Shown here piece after piece: positions 35,067 through 44,415 of a stretch of DNA of 64,000 nt. Source of the DNA: Patescibacteria group bacterium (GTDB taxonomy: Bacteria > Patescibacteriota > Patescibacteriia > Patescibacteriales > UBA12465); contig JBAYIC010000001.1 of the NCBI GenBank assembly GCA_041665845.1, positions 137,531-201,530 on the forward strand, written 5' to 3'. How positions within the stretch are numbered: position 1 is the stretch's first letter; every line of letters begins with the position of its first letter. The position numbers and the translations under genes are program-made. The notes under the pieces are model-generated. The model searched no databases. It saw nothing but the letters and a program-made list of their open reading frames with translations, and was not told the origin of the DNA.

Positions 35067-35870
35067 TTAAAGTTTAAACCCCCATTTTATAAAATACTTT
35101 AACCAAGACTCAATATGAATCCAAGTTATTTTATCGGTAAAAATTGCGATATACCAAGAATGCTTTGCGCTTTCTCGCGCATGATCATGAATTACTACGG
35201 CCTCAGGATTATAAACAACTTTTAAACCTCGACTTTTAAAAGTTCGGCCCAAATCAGTATCTTCAAAATACATAAAATATCTTTCATCAAAACTTGGCGA
35301 AAAACTTTTTCCCTCATTATCAACTTGATTTTTTTTAAACATGAGACATGATCCCATCAACCAATCGACTTCACGAATTGAATTATGATCAAAGTCTTTC
35401 ATCATAAAGCTATCACGAATCTTTTTAAAATATTCGCCCAAAAATGTTCGACGCAAAATTGGAATGAAAAAATTCGGAAAACGAGAACAAGATAATTGCA
35501 AAGTTCCATCTGGATATAATAATTTAGGGCCCACCAGACCAACTCTTAAATTATTCTTTAAATAGGATAATAAAATATCAATTGCCCCCTCGCGTAAAAC
35601 GGTATCTGGATTGAGAATTAAGACATATTCGCCCGTCGCAGCTTTAATACCGAGATTATTTCCGCCTCCCATACCTAAATTATGTTCGCTTAATATTATT
35701 TTTACATTAGAAAATTTAACTTCTAGATCCGCCAAATCATCGCCGGAATTATTTTCGATAACAATAATCTCATAATTTGTATTTTGTAATTTGCCATTTA
35801 AAATAGACACCAAACAATTTTCCAGTTTAATCTTACTCTTATAATTAACGATTATAATTGATAAATCCAT
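35067..35870 (-). CDS. Glycosyltransferase family 2
   Basis: SIIIVNYKS...ENNSGD...LNPD is the GT-A DxD-type pattern. Confidence 0.88.
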   Translation of the reverse strand: MDLSIIIVNYKSKIKLENCLVSILNGKLQNTNYEIIVIENNSGDDLADLEVKFSNVKIILSEHNLGMGGGNNLGIKAATGEYVLILNPDTVLREGAIDILLSYLKNNLRVGLVGPKLLYPDGTLQLSCSRFPNFFIPILRRTFLGEYFKKIRDSFMMKDFDHNSIREVDWLMGSCLMFKKNQVDNEGKSFSPSFDERYFMYFEDTDLGRTFKSRGLKVVYNPEAVVIHDHARESAKHSWYIAIFTDKITWIHIESWLKYFIKWGFKL

Positions 35871-35871
35871 A

Positions 35872-36939
35872 TTAAATTATTTTTCTTACTAAACGCCAAT
35901 ACAAATCAAGTATATTATTACCAAAGTGTTTTAGAAATAAATTATCTATTTCCGGAAAATCGACTCTTCCCTCTATATCTTTAGCTAAATCGGAAAAATT
36001 AAGCTTACTTATTTTTTTTATATTTAATCTTGCATGTTTAATTTCTCGCCAAGAAGAGACTTGAAAAAAATAAGCTAGAGTTTTAAACCAAGTGCCAAGC
36101 CAGCCCTTGAATAAAGCAAAAACAAATAAACCTGAACCCATTATTATAAAGGCTGGCAATAATAAAAACAATACTCTCAAAGGATAAAAGCTAAAGACCA
36201 ATAAATAACGATTTCGTTCCATGTAATAAAGCATGCGTACACTTCGAGAAAATTCGTATTTGTGAAAAATGATTGATTTTGGCGCTAAAATAATCTTATA
36301 TCCCGCCAATCTAACTTTCAAACTAAATTCAATATCGTCATGATACATGTAATAATTTTCATCCCAACCGCCGACATTTTTAAAGACTTCCGGCGTCGTG
36401 ATAAAACAACAACCGCTGGCATAACCTTTAATTTCAGGATAGCCTCCAATAACTGCATCAGGTAGGCCATAACCAGAGGTAAAACCAAAACCTAAAAAAT
36501 GCAAACGATTACCCAGAGTATTGATTTTAGGATGAAGTTTTTCATTGGCATTTTGTGGATAAAGTAGAATTTTAGACTGAGCTATTCCTAATTCAGAATT
36601 GTTTTCTAAAACATATACTAATTCTTGCAGCCAATTAGGATCCATTTCGGTATCCATATTAGCCGCAATTAGATAATCGCAACCATCTTTAATGGCCTCA
36701 ACAAAACCCAAATTATTAGCCGCGCAGTAATTCCCATCATGACGAGCTAAAATTTTAGCTTCCGGATAGTTTTCAACTAAAAATGAAAAACTTGAATCTG
36801 AAGATGAGTTATCAACGATATATACTTTAAATTTATCAACTTGATAATTTTGAGCGCGCAAAGAATTGCGGCAAGCAAGTAAATATTTGTTCGCGTAATC
36901 TTTATAATTAACTAGAATTATTCCGACCATTTTATTCAT
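35872..36939 (-). CDS. Glycosyltransferase family 2 with a C-terminal TM region
   Basis: GIILVNYKD...DNSSSD...NMDTE. The start is taken at MNKMVG (36939). The track alternative at 36975 would overlap the upstream gene by 31 nt. Confidence 0.85.
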   Translation of the reverse strand: MNKMVGIILVNYKDYANKYLLACRNSLRAQNYQVDKFKVYIVDNSSSDSSFSFLVENYPEAKILARHDGNYCAANNLGFVEAIKDGCDYLIAANMDTEMDPNWLQELVYVLENNSELGIAQSKILLYPQNANEKLHPKINTLGNRLHFLGFGFTSGYGLPDAVIGGYPEIKGYASGCCFITTPEVFKNVGGWDENYYMYHDDIEFSLKVRLAGYKIILAPKSIIFHKYEFSRSVRMLYYMERNRYLLVFSFYPLRVLFLLLPAFIIMGSGLFVFALFKGWLGTWFKTLAYFFQVSSWREIKHARLNIKKISKLNFSDLAKDIEGRVDFPEIDNLFLKHFGNNILDLYWRLVRKII

Positions 36940-36944
36940 AAAAA

Positions 36945-37781
36945 CTATCTCAAAATTGAATTCACTATTTTCCAAGCGATTACTAAAATTTGCGTTTGAA
37001 AATTATTTTCCCATTTTCTAAAATATTTTAACATTGAATCACTAAAATATTGTTGTGTTTTTATTCTTTCGACCTGCTTGAAACTTTGTCCAATATAATC
37101 AAGGCACTCAGCTACTGGTGTATACCAAACTTCCCCGCCTAATTTATAAACTTGGCGACAAAAATCAACTTCTTCAAACCAAATAAAATAACGCTCATCA
37201 AGATATGGTTTGTTTCCCCCGCCAATTTTCTGATAACTTTCTAAATTGATTAAGAAAAAAGCACCTCTAATTGAATCAACCCTACTAGGTTGGTTATAAT
37301 CAAAATTAACGCATAAATATTTATTAAGTAAAACCGGAAAAAGATGAGGTAGCTTTAAAATTATCATTAACTCATCAAACAATTTTGGAAAATGTCTAAC
37401 CTGTTTAACAATTAATCCTTTTTCATCTACTAATCTAATTCCTGTTACTACCGCTTGTTGATTTTCTCTGGCCCAAACTAGTGCCTTAAACAAAGTATCT
37501 TGATTTACTCTCATATCAGGATTAAGCAGTAAAATAAACTTTCCGGCCGCTAACTTGATAGCCTGATTATTAGCTTTCGCAAAGCCAAGATTCTCTAAAT
37601 TAGCAAGCAAATTAACTTGAGGAAAATTTTCTTGCACCATCAAAGGACTTCCGTCTTCAGAATTATTATCAACAACAAAAATTTCAAATTTAAAATCGCC
37701 CTCTGAATTATAGAGAGCTTCAAGATTCGCTTTCAATTTTTCTTTCACGTTCCAAGAAACGATGATAACTGATAAGTCCAT
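36945..37781 (-). CDS. Glycosyltransferase family 2
   Basis: SVIIVSWNV...DNNSEDGS...LNPDM. Confidence 0.88.
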   Translation of the reverse strand: MDLSVIIVSWNVKEKLKANLEALYNSEGDFKFEIFVVDNNSEDGSPLMVQENFPQVNLLANLENLGFAKANNQAIKLAAGKFILLLNPDMRVNQDTLFKALVWARENQQAVVTGIRLVDEKGLIVKQVRHFPKLFDELMIILKLPHLFPVLLNKYLCVNFDYNQPSRVDSIRGAFFLINLESYQKIGGGNKPYLDERYFIWFEEVDFCRQVYKLGGEVWYTPVAECLDYIGQSFKQVERIKTQQYFSDSMLKYFRKWENNFQTQILVIAWKIVNSILR

Positions 37782-37787
37782 AAAATA

Positions 37788-38054
37788 TCAGCGACCAACC
37801 TTGATCACTTTAAACCGATCAGAAGCGCCGCTCACTATTTCAAGTTGATATCTTCTTACTCCTAACTCATCGGCTAAGAACTTTATCAAAGCAATATTTG
37901 CTTTATTATCTTCAGCCTGAGCCGATACCCCTATTTTAAGGGTACCATCTACCATCTGGCCTTTTAATTCATTATGTGGAGCATTAGGAAAAACCTTCAC
38001 TTTTAGAAAAAGTTCTTTATTATTAGCCAAATCTTCTCTGAATTTACTTAACAT
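37788..38054 (-). CDS. DUF167 (YggU-like) protein
   Basis: 88 aa. LKVKVFPNAPHNEL...NKANIALIKFLADELGV...LEIVSGASDRFKVIKV is typical of UPF0235. Confidence 0.8.
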   Translation of the reverse strand: MLSKFREDLANNKELFLKVKVFPNAPHNELKGQMVDGTLKIGVSAQAEDNKANIALIKFLADELGVRRYQLEIVSGASDRFKVIKVGR

Positions 38055-38230
38055 AAAGGTAATAAAGCTGATTTAAAAAATTAGGTTCGACTCTATTATC
38101 ATTTTATCCCCTTTTTCTGCTTTTTGCCAGGGCGGGAGGACATAAACAACCTTCTGTCAAGATTTATTTTATTATAATAATATACTAAAATGTAAGCACA
38201 AGAATACTAATTTTTTTGACTTACAAATAT

Positions 38231-38758
38231 ATGAGTGAGCAACAATCACCGACTATAGATAATAAGCAGGAAGAGGGCTACAAGCGCCCTTCTTGGGATG
38301 AATACTTTATGAAGATGGTAGATTTAGTAGGTAGTCGTAGCACTTGTGATAGAGCACGCAATGCCGGTAGTATAATTGCAAAAAATAACCATGTTATTTC
38401 TACCGGGTACGTAGGATCACCAATCGGATTACCGCATTGTGATGAGGCTGGGCATGAGATGCATACTGTAATCCACGAAGACGGCGCACAAACTCGCCAT
38501 TGCATTCGTACAAACCATCATGAACAAAATGCTATTTGTCAGGCAGCTCGTTATGGGATAGCTCTAGACGGAGCTACTTTATATTGCAAAATGACCCCTT
38601 GTTATACCTGCGCAAAAATAATTATTAATGCCGGAATAAGACGCATTGTCTGCGCTCAAGATTATCACGCCGGAACCAGAAGCAAAGAGATTTTTAAAGA
38701 AGCGGGGATAGAGTATGTTCTATTAGACGAAACTATACTAAAATACGAGGATCAATAA
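38231..38758 (+). CDS. Deoxycytidylate (dCMP) deaminase
   Basis: RPSWDEYFM, HCDEAGHE...HHEQNAI (zinc/catalytic HxE) and PCYTCAKIIINAGIRRIV (PCxxC). The start is taken at the first ATG. The track ORF begins at an upstream TTG (38216). Confidence 0.9.
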   Translation: MSEQQSPTIDNKQEEGYKRPSWDEYFMKMVDLVGSRSTCDRARNAGSIIAKNNHVISTGYVGSPIGLPHCDEAGHEMHTVIHEDGAQTRHCIRTNHHEQNAICQAARYGIALDGATLYCKMTPCYTCAKIIINAGIRRIVCAQDYHAGTRSKEIFKEAGIEYVLLDETILKYEDQ

Positions 38759-38769
38759 TTATAAACTTT

Positions 38770-40059
38770 ATGTCCAATATTTTTATTTATGATGAATTTA
38801 ATCCGGAAGATGTCGCAATGATGCAAGCGCTTTATTCTAGAAGTCCAAAAAGTGTAACTGAACATGTTGAAAAAGTAAAACAAAGCGGTTCCGGAAAATT
38901 CATGGCAACATTTTACGTCGGCTATGGCCATGCTAGTATTGCTGACTGCGGTAGCACAACAATTTTTATTGAAAATATCAGTATTTTAGGAGACAAGGCT
39001 ATCCAGGATTGGCAATTATATAGCGGCCAGGAAACCAGCACTCGTTATATTGATATGGGAAAGCAAGAAATTGTTGATCCTTTAAATACGATTGAATCAA
39101 AAACCGTTCTTAATAACTGGATGAATTTTTATATAAATAACCAAGAAAAAATTCAACAATATTTAATGACAAAATATCCTCGCCAAGAAAGTGAGGATGA
39201 GGGCGTTTATATAAAGGCGATTAAAGCGCGCGGATTCGACGTGATGCGCGGATTTCTTCCGGCTGGCGTTACCACTCAACTTAGTTGGCATACCAATTTG
39301 CGCCAAGCTTGGGATCATTTAGTATTACTGCGCCATCATCCTTTACTTGAAGTCCGTCAAAACGCTGAAGTGATTCTGGAAAAATTAAAAGAAAAATATT
39401 CTCATAGCTTCTCTCATGTTTTAAATGAAGACCAAGAGAATTATCGAGCTCAAACAGTTGGAAAATATACCTACTTCTCGCCATCAGATTCAAATGAATT
39501 TTTGATGACAACAACTGTAAAAGAAGATGAATTAGCTAATTATCAAGAAATAATCGATACTCGCCCACCTCGAATCGGCTTACCAAATTTCTTGGGCGAT
39601 TTAGGAACTTTTACTTTTGATTTTCATTTAGATTTTGGTTCTTTCCGTGATATTCAACGTCATCGCAATGGTATTGGCCGCATGCCCCTTCTTACCATTG
39701 AACTAGGATTTGGAAACTGGTACTTAGAACAATTACCGGAAGATTTACGCACTGAGGCAATAAATTTAATTGCAGCGCAAAAAATATTGATTGCTAAATT
39801 GGAAACTACTCCGGAGATTAAACAATATTATATTGCTATTGGATTTAATGTCGCTTGTCATTTTACCTTTCCGTTACCGGCCGCTATTTATGTAATTGAA
39901 CTTCGTTCCAACAAAACTGTTCATCCATCGCTCCGCGGTATTGCCCATAAGATGTACCGAGCTGTAAAAACAAAATTTCCTAATTTAAAATTATATGCCG
40001 ATCTTGATCTTGATGATTGGGATGTAAGACGCGGCCTAGCTGATATTATAAAAAAGTAA
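38770..40059 (+). CDS. Long, divergent ThyX-like (FAD-dependent thymidylate synthase family) protein, apparently two fused ThyX-like halves
   Basis: The first half, YGHASIADCGSTTIFIENISILGDKAIQDWQLYSGQETSTRYI, is colinear with the ThyX core GHxSxxEH..F.I.giSR...Q..RHR..S..Q.SqRY but lacks RHR. The second half carries FRDIQRHRNG. The gene sits between dCMP deaminase and thymidylate kinase genes. Confidence 0.55.
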   Translation: MSNIFIYDEFNPEDVAMMQALYSRSPKSVTEHVEKVKQSGSGKFMATFYVGYGHASIADCGSTTIFIENISILGDKAIQDWQLYSGQETSTRYIDMGKQEIVDPLNTIESKTVLNNWMNFYINNQEKIQQYLMTKYPRQESEDEGVYIKAIKARGFDVMRGFLPAGVTTQLSWHTNLRQAWDHLVLLRHHPLLEVRQNAEVILEKLKEKYSHSFSHVLNEDQENYRAQTVGKYTYFSPSDSNEFLMTTTVKEDELANYQEIIDTRPPRIGLPNFLGDLGTFTFDFHLDFGSFRDIQRHRNGIGRMPLLTIELGFGNWYLEQLPEDLRTEAINLIAAQKILIAKLETTPEIKQYYIAIGFNVACHFTFPLPAAIYVIELRSNKTVHPSLRGIAHKMYRAVKTKFPNLKLYADLDLDDWDVRRGLADIIKK

Positions 40060-40061
40060 TT

Positions 40062-40616
40062 ATGGCAAAAATAATCATCGGCCTTGTCGGCCCATTAGCT
40101 AGCGGTAAAGATGTTAGCAAAAAATATATCGAAGAAAAACATGGTGCTTCTAGCTATAAGTTCTCTGCTGTTTTGAGAGATATCTTAAATCGCTTATATC
40201 TCCCTATTAATCGGGAAAATATGCAAGATTTATCGCTTGATTTAAGAACTCGTTTTGGAAGCGATATTTTAGCAAAAGTAATTACTGAAGATGCTAAAAA
40301 CGATAATGGAGACGTTGTGATTGTTGACGGCGTTAGGCGAATGGACGATATAACTCATTTAAGTGGTTTACCGGAATTTAAATTAATAAGCATTGACGCT
40401 GATACCAATATCCGCTATGAAAGAACAAAGACACGTAACGAAAACATTGGCGATGCTGAAAAAACTTTTCCTGAATTTCTAGCTGATTGTAATAAAGAAG
40501 CGGAACTAGAGATACCAACCGTAATGAATCATTCCTTTTATCATTTGGATAATAATGGAACGTTGGAAGATCTTTATAAACAAATAGATGTTATCCTTTT
40601 GGAAATAAAAAAATAA
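40062..40616 (+). CDS. P-loop nucleotide/nucleoside kinase (dNMP kinase / dephospho-CoA kinase-like)
   Basis: Walker A is IIGLVGPLASGKDV. The size is ~180 aa. The gene lies in the nucleotide-metabolism cluster. Confidence 0.65.
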   Translation: MAKIIIGLVGPLASGKDVSKKYIEEKHGASSYKFSAVLRDILNRLYLPINRENMQDLSLDLRTRFGSDILAKVITEDAKNDNGDVVIVDGVRRMDDITHLSGLPEFKLISIDADTNIRYERTKTRNENIGDAEKTFPEFLADCNKEAELEIPTVMNHSFYHLDNNGTLEDLYKQIDVILLEIKK

Positions 40617-40620
40617 ACTT

Positions 40621-41952
40621 ATGGAAAATTATTCGGGAAAATTCATCGTAATTGACGGTACAGATGGAAGTGGAAAAACCACTCAGCTTAACTTACTCAA
40701 AGAAAAATTAGAATTTGAAGGTTATGCGGTTGAAGTTGCTGATTTTCCACAATACAATACTAAGTCCTCAGGATTAGTCGAAGAATATCTTTCCGGTAAA
40801 TACGGCCAAGCCGATGATGTTGATCCTTACAAAGCTTCAATCTTTTATGCAGTTGATCGTTTTGATGCGAGCGCGAGAATAAAAAAATGGCTCCAAAACG
40901 GAAAAATCGTTTTAGCTAATAGATACACTAGCGCAAGTTTGGGCCATCAAGGCTGTAAAATAGATAATCCCCTAGAAAGAAAAGTCTTTTTTAATTGGCT
41001 ATATGATTTAGAATATAAAATCTTTGAAATACCAAAACCGGATTTAACTATTGTTTTGCAAGTAGAACCGGAAATATCTTATGCACTCGCCCAAGAAAGG
41101 GTGCGCGAAGATTGGACGGGGAAAACTAATGATATTCATGAGAATAATTTTAATCATCTTAAGAAAGCGGAACAGACTTATTTAGATATAGCGAACACTA
41201 TCCCTGGTTTTAAATTAATAAAGTGCACTCATAACGGACAAATTTTAAGCAGAGAGTCAATTCATTTCTTGGTTTGGTTGGCCGCTAGCCAGTTAATCGT
41301 CCATCAAGTTAAAACTGGACATGGCTTTGAACAGATTGGTAATTTAATGGGTTCTAACGAACAAATATTAAAAAACCGCGATTTAATTTTTAATAATAGC
41401 ATTAATCCGCCTATTAATGCACCGATAATTAGTAGGGAAAATCAGCCTGAAGCAAGACCGGAAATAAGAACCGAACCAATATCTATTCCTGCTACGAACA
41501 TTATTCCTACTCCGCCCACACCAATATCAATAAAGTTAAAAGTGGAAAAGGTTTCTCCCGAAGCAAAGATTCCACAAAAGGCTCATACAGGCGACGCCGG
41601 TTACGACTTGTATGCTAATGATTATTATTCAATAACCGCTTATGGCCAAGCCTTGGTGCAAACTGGAATAAAAATGGCGATACCCGACGGACATGTTGGT
41701 TTGATTTGGGATAAAAGCGGATTAGCAAATGAAGGAATAACAACCATGGGTGGCGTAATAGACGCTAATTATCGCGGAGAAATAAAAGTAATTGTTAAAA
41801 ATTTAAGTGAGGATATTTTTAATATTGTTCCCGGTCAAAAAATAGCCCAAATTATTATTCAAAAAATAGCTAATTCTGAGCTAGAAGAAGAAAAAATAAC
41901 AGAAATCACCACTCGTCATGATTCCGGTTTTGGTAGCTCGGGGAAATTTTAA
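40621..41952 (+). CDS. Fusion of thymidylate kinase (N-terminal) and dUTP diphosphatase (C-terminal)
   Basis: The Tmk part has FIVIDGTDGSGKTTQ and DRY-like NRYTSAS. A Pro-rich linker follows. The Dut part has TGDAGYDLYA, GVIDANYRGEIKVIVKN, GQKIAQIII and the C-terminal GFGSSG. Confidence 0.9.
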   Translation: MENYSGKFIVIDGTDGSGKTTQLNLLKEKLEFEGYAVEVADFPQYNTKSSGLVEEYLSGKYGQADDVDPYKASIFYAVDRFDASARIKKWLQNGKIVLANRYTSASLGHQGCKIDNPLERKVFFNWLYDLEYKIFEIPKPDLTIVLQVEPEISYALAQERVREDWTGKTNDIHENNFNHLKKAEQTYLDIANTIPGFKLIKCTHNGQILSRESIHFLVWLAASQLIVHQVKTGHGFEQIGNLMGSNEQILKNRDLIFNNSINPPINAPIISRENQPEARPEIRTEPISIPATNIIPTPPTPISIKLKVEKVSPEAKIPQKAHTGDAGYDLYANDYYSITAYGQALVQTGIKMAIPDGHVGLIWDKSGLANEGITTMGGVIDANYRGEIKVIVKNLSEDIFNIVPGQKIAQIIIQKIANSELEEEKITEITTRHDSGFGSSGKF

Positions 41953-41969
41953 ATTAAGCTTTTTAATAT

Positions 41970-43475
41970 ATGACCTATCAAACAATTATCGGCTTAGAAA
42001 TTCATGCCGAACTAAAAACCAAGAGTAAAATGTTCTGTGCTTGTAACAATGACTCTGAAAATAAGCCGGCGAACACAACTGTTTGTCCAATTTGCCTTGG
42101 CCATCCCGGAACCCTTCCCGTCCCCAACAAACAAGCAATCGAATCGGTAATTGCCGTCGGCCTCGCTCTTAACTGTAATATTAACCGCCTCTCAAAGTTC
42201 GATCGTAAAAATTATTTTTATCCCGATTTACCAAAAGGATATCAAATTTCTCAATATGATCAGCCCTTGGCTTACTCAGGCTACCTGGAAATTAATGATG
42301 AAAAAATTACTATCACTAGAATTCATCTTGAAGAAGATACTGGAAAGTCTTTGCATCCCAAAGGCTCAGATAATACTTTAATTGATTTTAATCGAGCCGG
42401 AACACCTTTGATGGAACTAGTAACCGACCCAGTAATTAAAGACGCCGCTGAAGCTAAAAAATTCTGCCAAAAATATCAGCAGATACTACGTTATCTTGAA
42501 GTTAGCGATGCCGATATGGAAAAAGGCCAAATGCGTTGTGAAGCAAACGTTAGCGTCCAAAAAGAAGGCCATTTTAAATATGAAAACGGAGAAATAAGGC
42601 CAATTAAAAAATATAGGCTCAATAACAAGGTTGAAGTAAAAAATATAAATTCTTTCAAAGCTTTGGAAAAAGCTATTAATTTTGAAAGCAAACGTCAAAC
42701 CGAAGTCTTAGAAAGAGGTGAAGAAATTCAAGGAGAAACTCGCGGCTGGGACGATAAAACGAATGAAACAGTTAGCCAAAGAAAAAAAGAAACTTCAGCT
42801 GATTATCGTTATTTCCCCGAACCAGATATTCCGCCACTAGAAATTGACGGCGAATGGCTAGCTAAAATAAAAGCTAGCTTACCTGAATTGCCTAACGATA
42901 AACTAAAAAGATTCCAACAGGAATACGGATTAAACGATGAAATTTCAGAAATTTTAACTAGCGATAAAAACTTAGCTAACTGGAGTGAGAATGTTATCTC
43001 CGAACTTGATGCTTGGATAGAGGCAAATGGTGATACCTCTGACCGCCAAGATAAAAAACTAGCTAAAATGGCTGGTAACTGGATTGCGGGGGAATTAATG
43101 AAACATCTTAAAGCAAATAATGAAGATATAACCAAAACAAAAATCACCGCTGAAAACCTAGCAGAGCTTATTTGTTTAATATACCAAAACAAAATAAATT
43201 CTTCCGCCGGCCAAACAATTTTAGATTTTATGTATAACCAGGGCGGCGACCCCACCGATATTATGGCAAAAATGGGGCTAGAACAAGTAGATGATCTTGC
43301 TGTTTTAAAAACAACTATCAGTAAAATAATAACCGACAACCAAGGACAGGTAGAACAATACAAAAAAGGCAAAACGAATGTTTTGCAATTTCTCTTAGGG
43401 AAAGTAATGGCAGAAACTGGTGGTAAGGCGAACCCTAAAATTACTAAAGAATTATTAGAAAAGATGCTTAAATAA
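41970..43475 (+). CDS. gatB: Asp-tRNA(Asn)/Glu-tRNA(Gln) amidotransferase subunit B
   Basis: IGLEIHAELKTKSKMFC, CPICLGHPGTLP and a C-terminal GatB/YqeY domain. Confidence 0.96.
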   Translation: MTYQTIIGLEIHAELKTKSKMFCACNNDSENKPANTTVCPICLGHPGTLPVPNKQAIESVIAVGLALNCNINRLSKFDRKNYFYPDLPKGYQISQYDQPLAYSGYLEINDEKITITRIHLEEDTGKSLHPKGSDNTLIDFNRAGTPLMELVTDPVIKDAAEAKKFCQKYQQILRYLEVSDADMEKGQMRCEANVSVQKEGHFKYENGEIRPIKKYRLNNKVEVKNINSFKALEKAINFESKRQTEVLERGEEIQGETRGWDDKTNETVSQRKKETSADYRYFPEPDIPPLEIDGEWLAKIKASLPELPNDKLKRFQQEYGLNDEISEILTSDKNLANWSENVISELDAWIEANGDTSDRQDKKLAKMAGNWIAGELMKHLKANNEDITKTKITAENLAELICLIYQNKINSSAGQTILDFMYNQGGDPTDIMAKMGLEQVDDLAVLKTTISKIITDNQGQVEQYKKGKTNVLQFLLGKVMAETGGKANPKITKELLEKMLK

Positions 43476-44403
43476 AATTAGCAATTTTTTTAACAGCCTC
43501 ATCTAAACTTTTAAGCCATTCAATTTTTCTTCCCTGCTTTTCCCAACGTCTAAACCAAGTCTTTTGCTTTTTAGCAAAACGGTAAATGGCCGTCCCCAGT
43601 TTTTCTGTTAATTCCTCGCGATTTATTTTACCCTGCAAAAAATAACTAACGAATTTATACTCTAAACCAAAGGAAATTAAGCGGCGATAAGAAACGCCGC
43701 TTTTTTTTAAAGCCTCAACTTCAGCAATCATTCCTTCATTATCTAAACGAGTATTAAGACGCTTAAAAATTTTTTCCTTCATCTTATCATCACTGATATC
43801 TATTCCTAAAACCAAAAAATCAAACGGCGACTCGCCTTTCTTTTGTAGCATTTTTCCAGAGCTAGAAATTATTTCTAAATATCTAACTAAACGACGAGGA
43901 TTATTTCTATCACTATTATTGAGCTTAGCGGCAAAGTCCGGCTTTAAAGCGGTTAGCTCAGTTAATAACTGAACCACCGTTTTCTTTTCCAGTTCTTCTC
44001 TTATTTTATTATCTATTTTAACGTTAGATAGCTGATAATTATCAACTATTGCTTGAAGATATAACCCGGTTCCACCAACAATAATAGGCAATTTTTTTCG
44101 CTCTAAAATATCAGTAATCGTCTTAAAAGCTAATTTCTGATAACGAGCCAAGTTAAACTTAGTATTGGGTTGAATAATATCTATTAAATGATAAGAGATT
44201 TTTTTTCGTCCAATGCTATATTCAGCTAAATCTTTTCCGGTTCCAATATCCATGCCGCGATATACTTGACGGCTATCCGCACTTATAATCTCGCCGTTAA
44301 AGCGAGTCGCTAATTTAACCCCTAAAGAAGTCTTGCCGCTTGCTGTCGGGCCTAAAATAACAACAATTTTCGGTTGAGAGATTTTTATTTTTTTTATCGG
44401 CAT
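43468..44403 (-). CDS. miaA: tRNA dimethylallyltransferase
   Basis: GPTASGKTSL and DSRQVYRGMDIGTGK. Confidence 0.95.
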   Translation of the reverse strand: MPIKKIKISQPKIVVILGPTASGKTSLGVKLATRFNGEIISADSRQVYRGMDIGTGKDLAEYSIGRKKISYHLIDIIQPNTKFNLARYQKLAFKTITDILERKKLPIIVGGTGLYLQAIVDNYQLSNVKIDNKIREELEKKTVVQLLTELTALKPDFAAKLNNSDRNNPRRLVRYLEIISSSGKMLQKKGESPFDFLVLGIDISDDKMKEKIFKRLNTRLDNEGMIAEVEALKKSGVSYRRLISFGLEYKFVSYFLQGKINREELTEKLGTAIYRFAKKQKTWFRRWEKQGRKIEWLKSLDEAVKKIANFI

Positions 44404-44415
44404 ACCAAAAAATTA

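Noticed and set aside
26712-43372. Other shadow ORFs: 26712-27122, 29503-29745, 30289-30552, 30803-31015, 31812-32087, 34622-34936, 38278-38505, 39281-39514, 42151-42381, 42486-42698 and 42809-43372
   Set aside because: All are antisense or out of frame within confidently assigned genes (the methyltransferase, recR, rplU, murA, galU, dCMP deaminase, ThyX-like and gatB).
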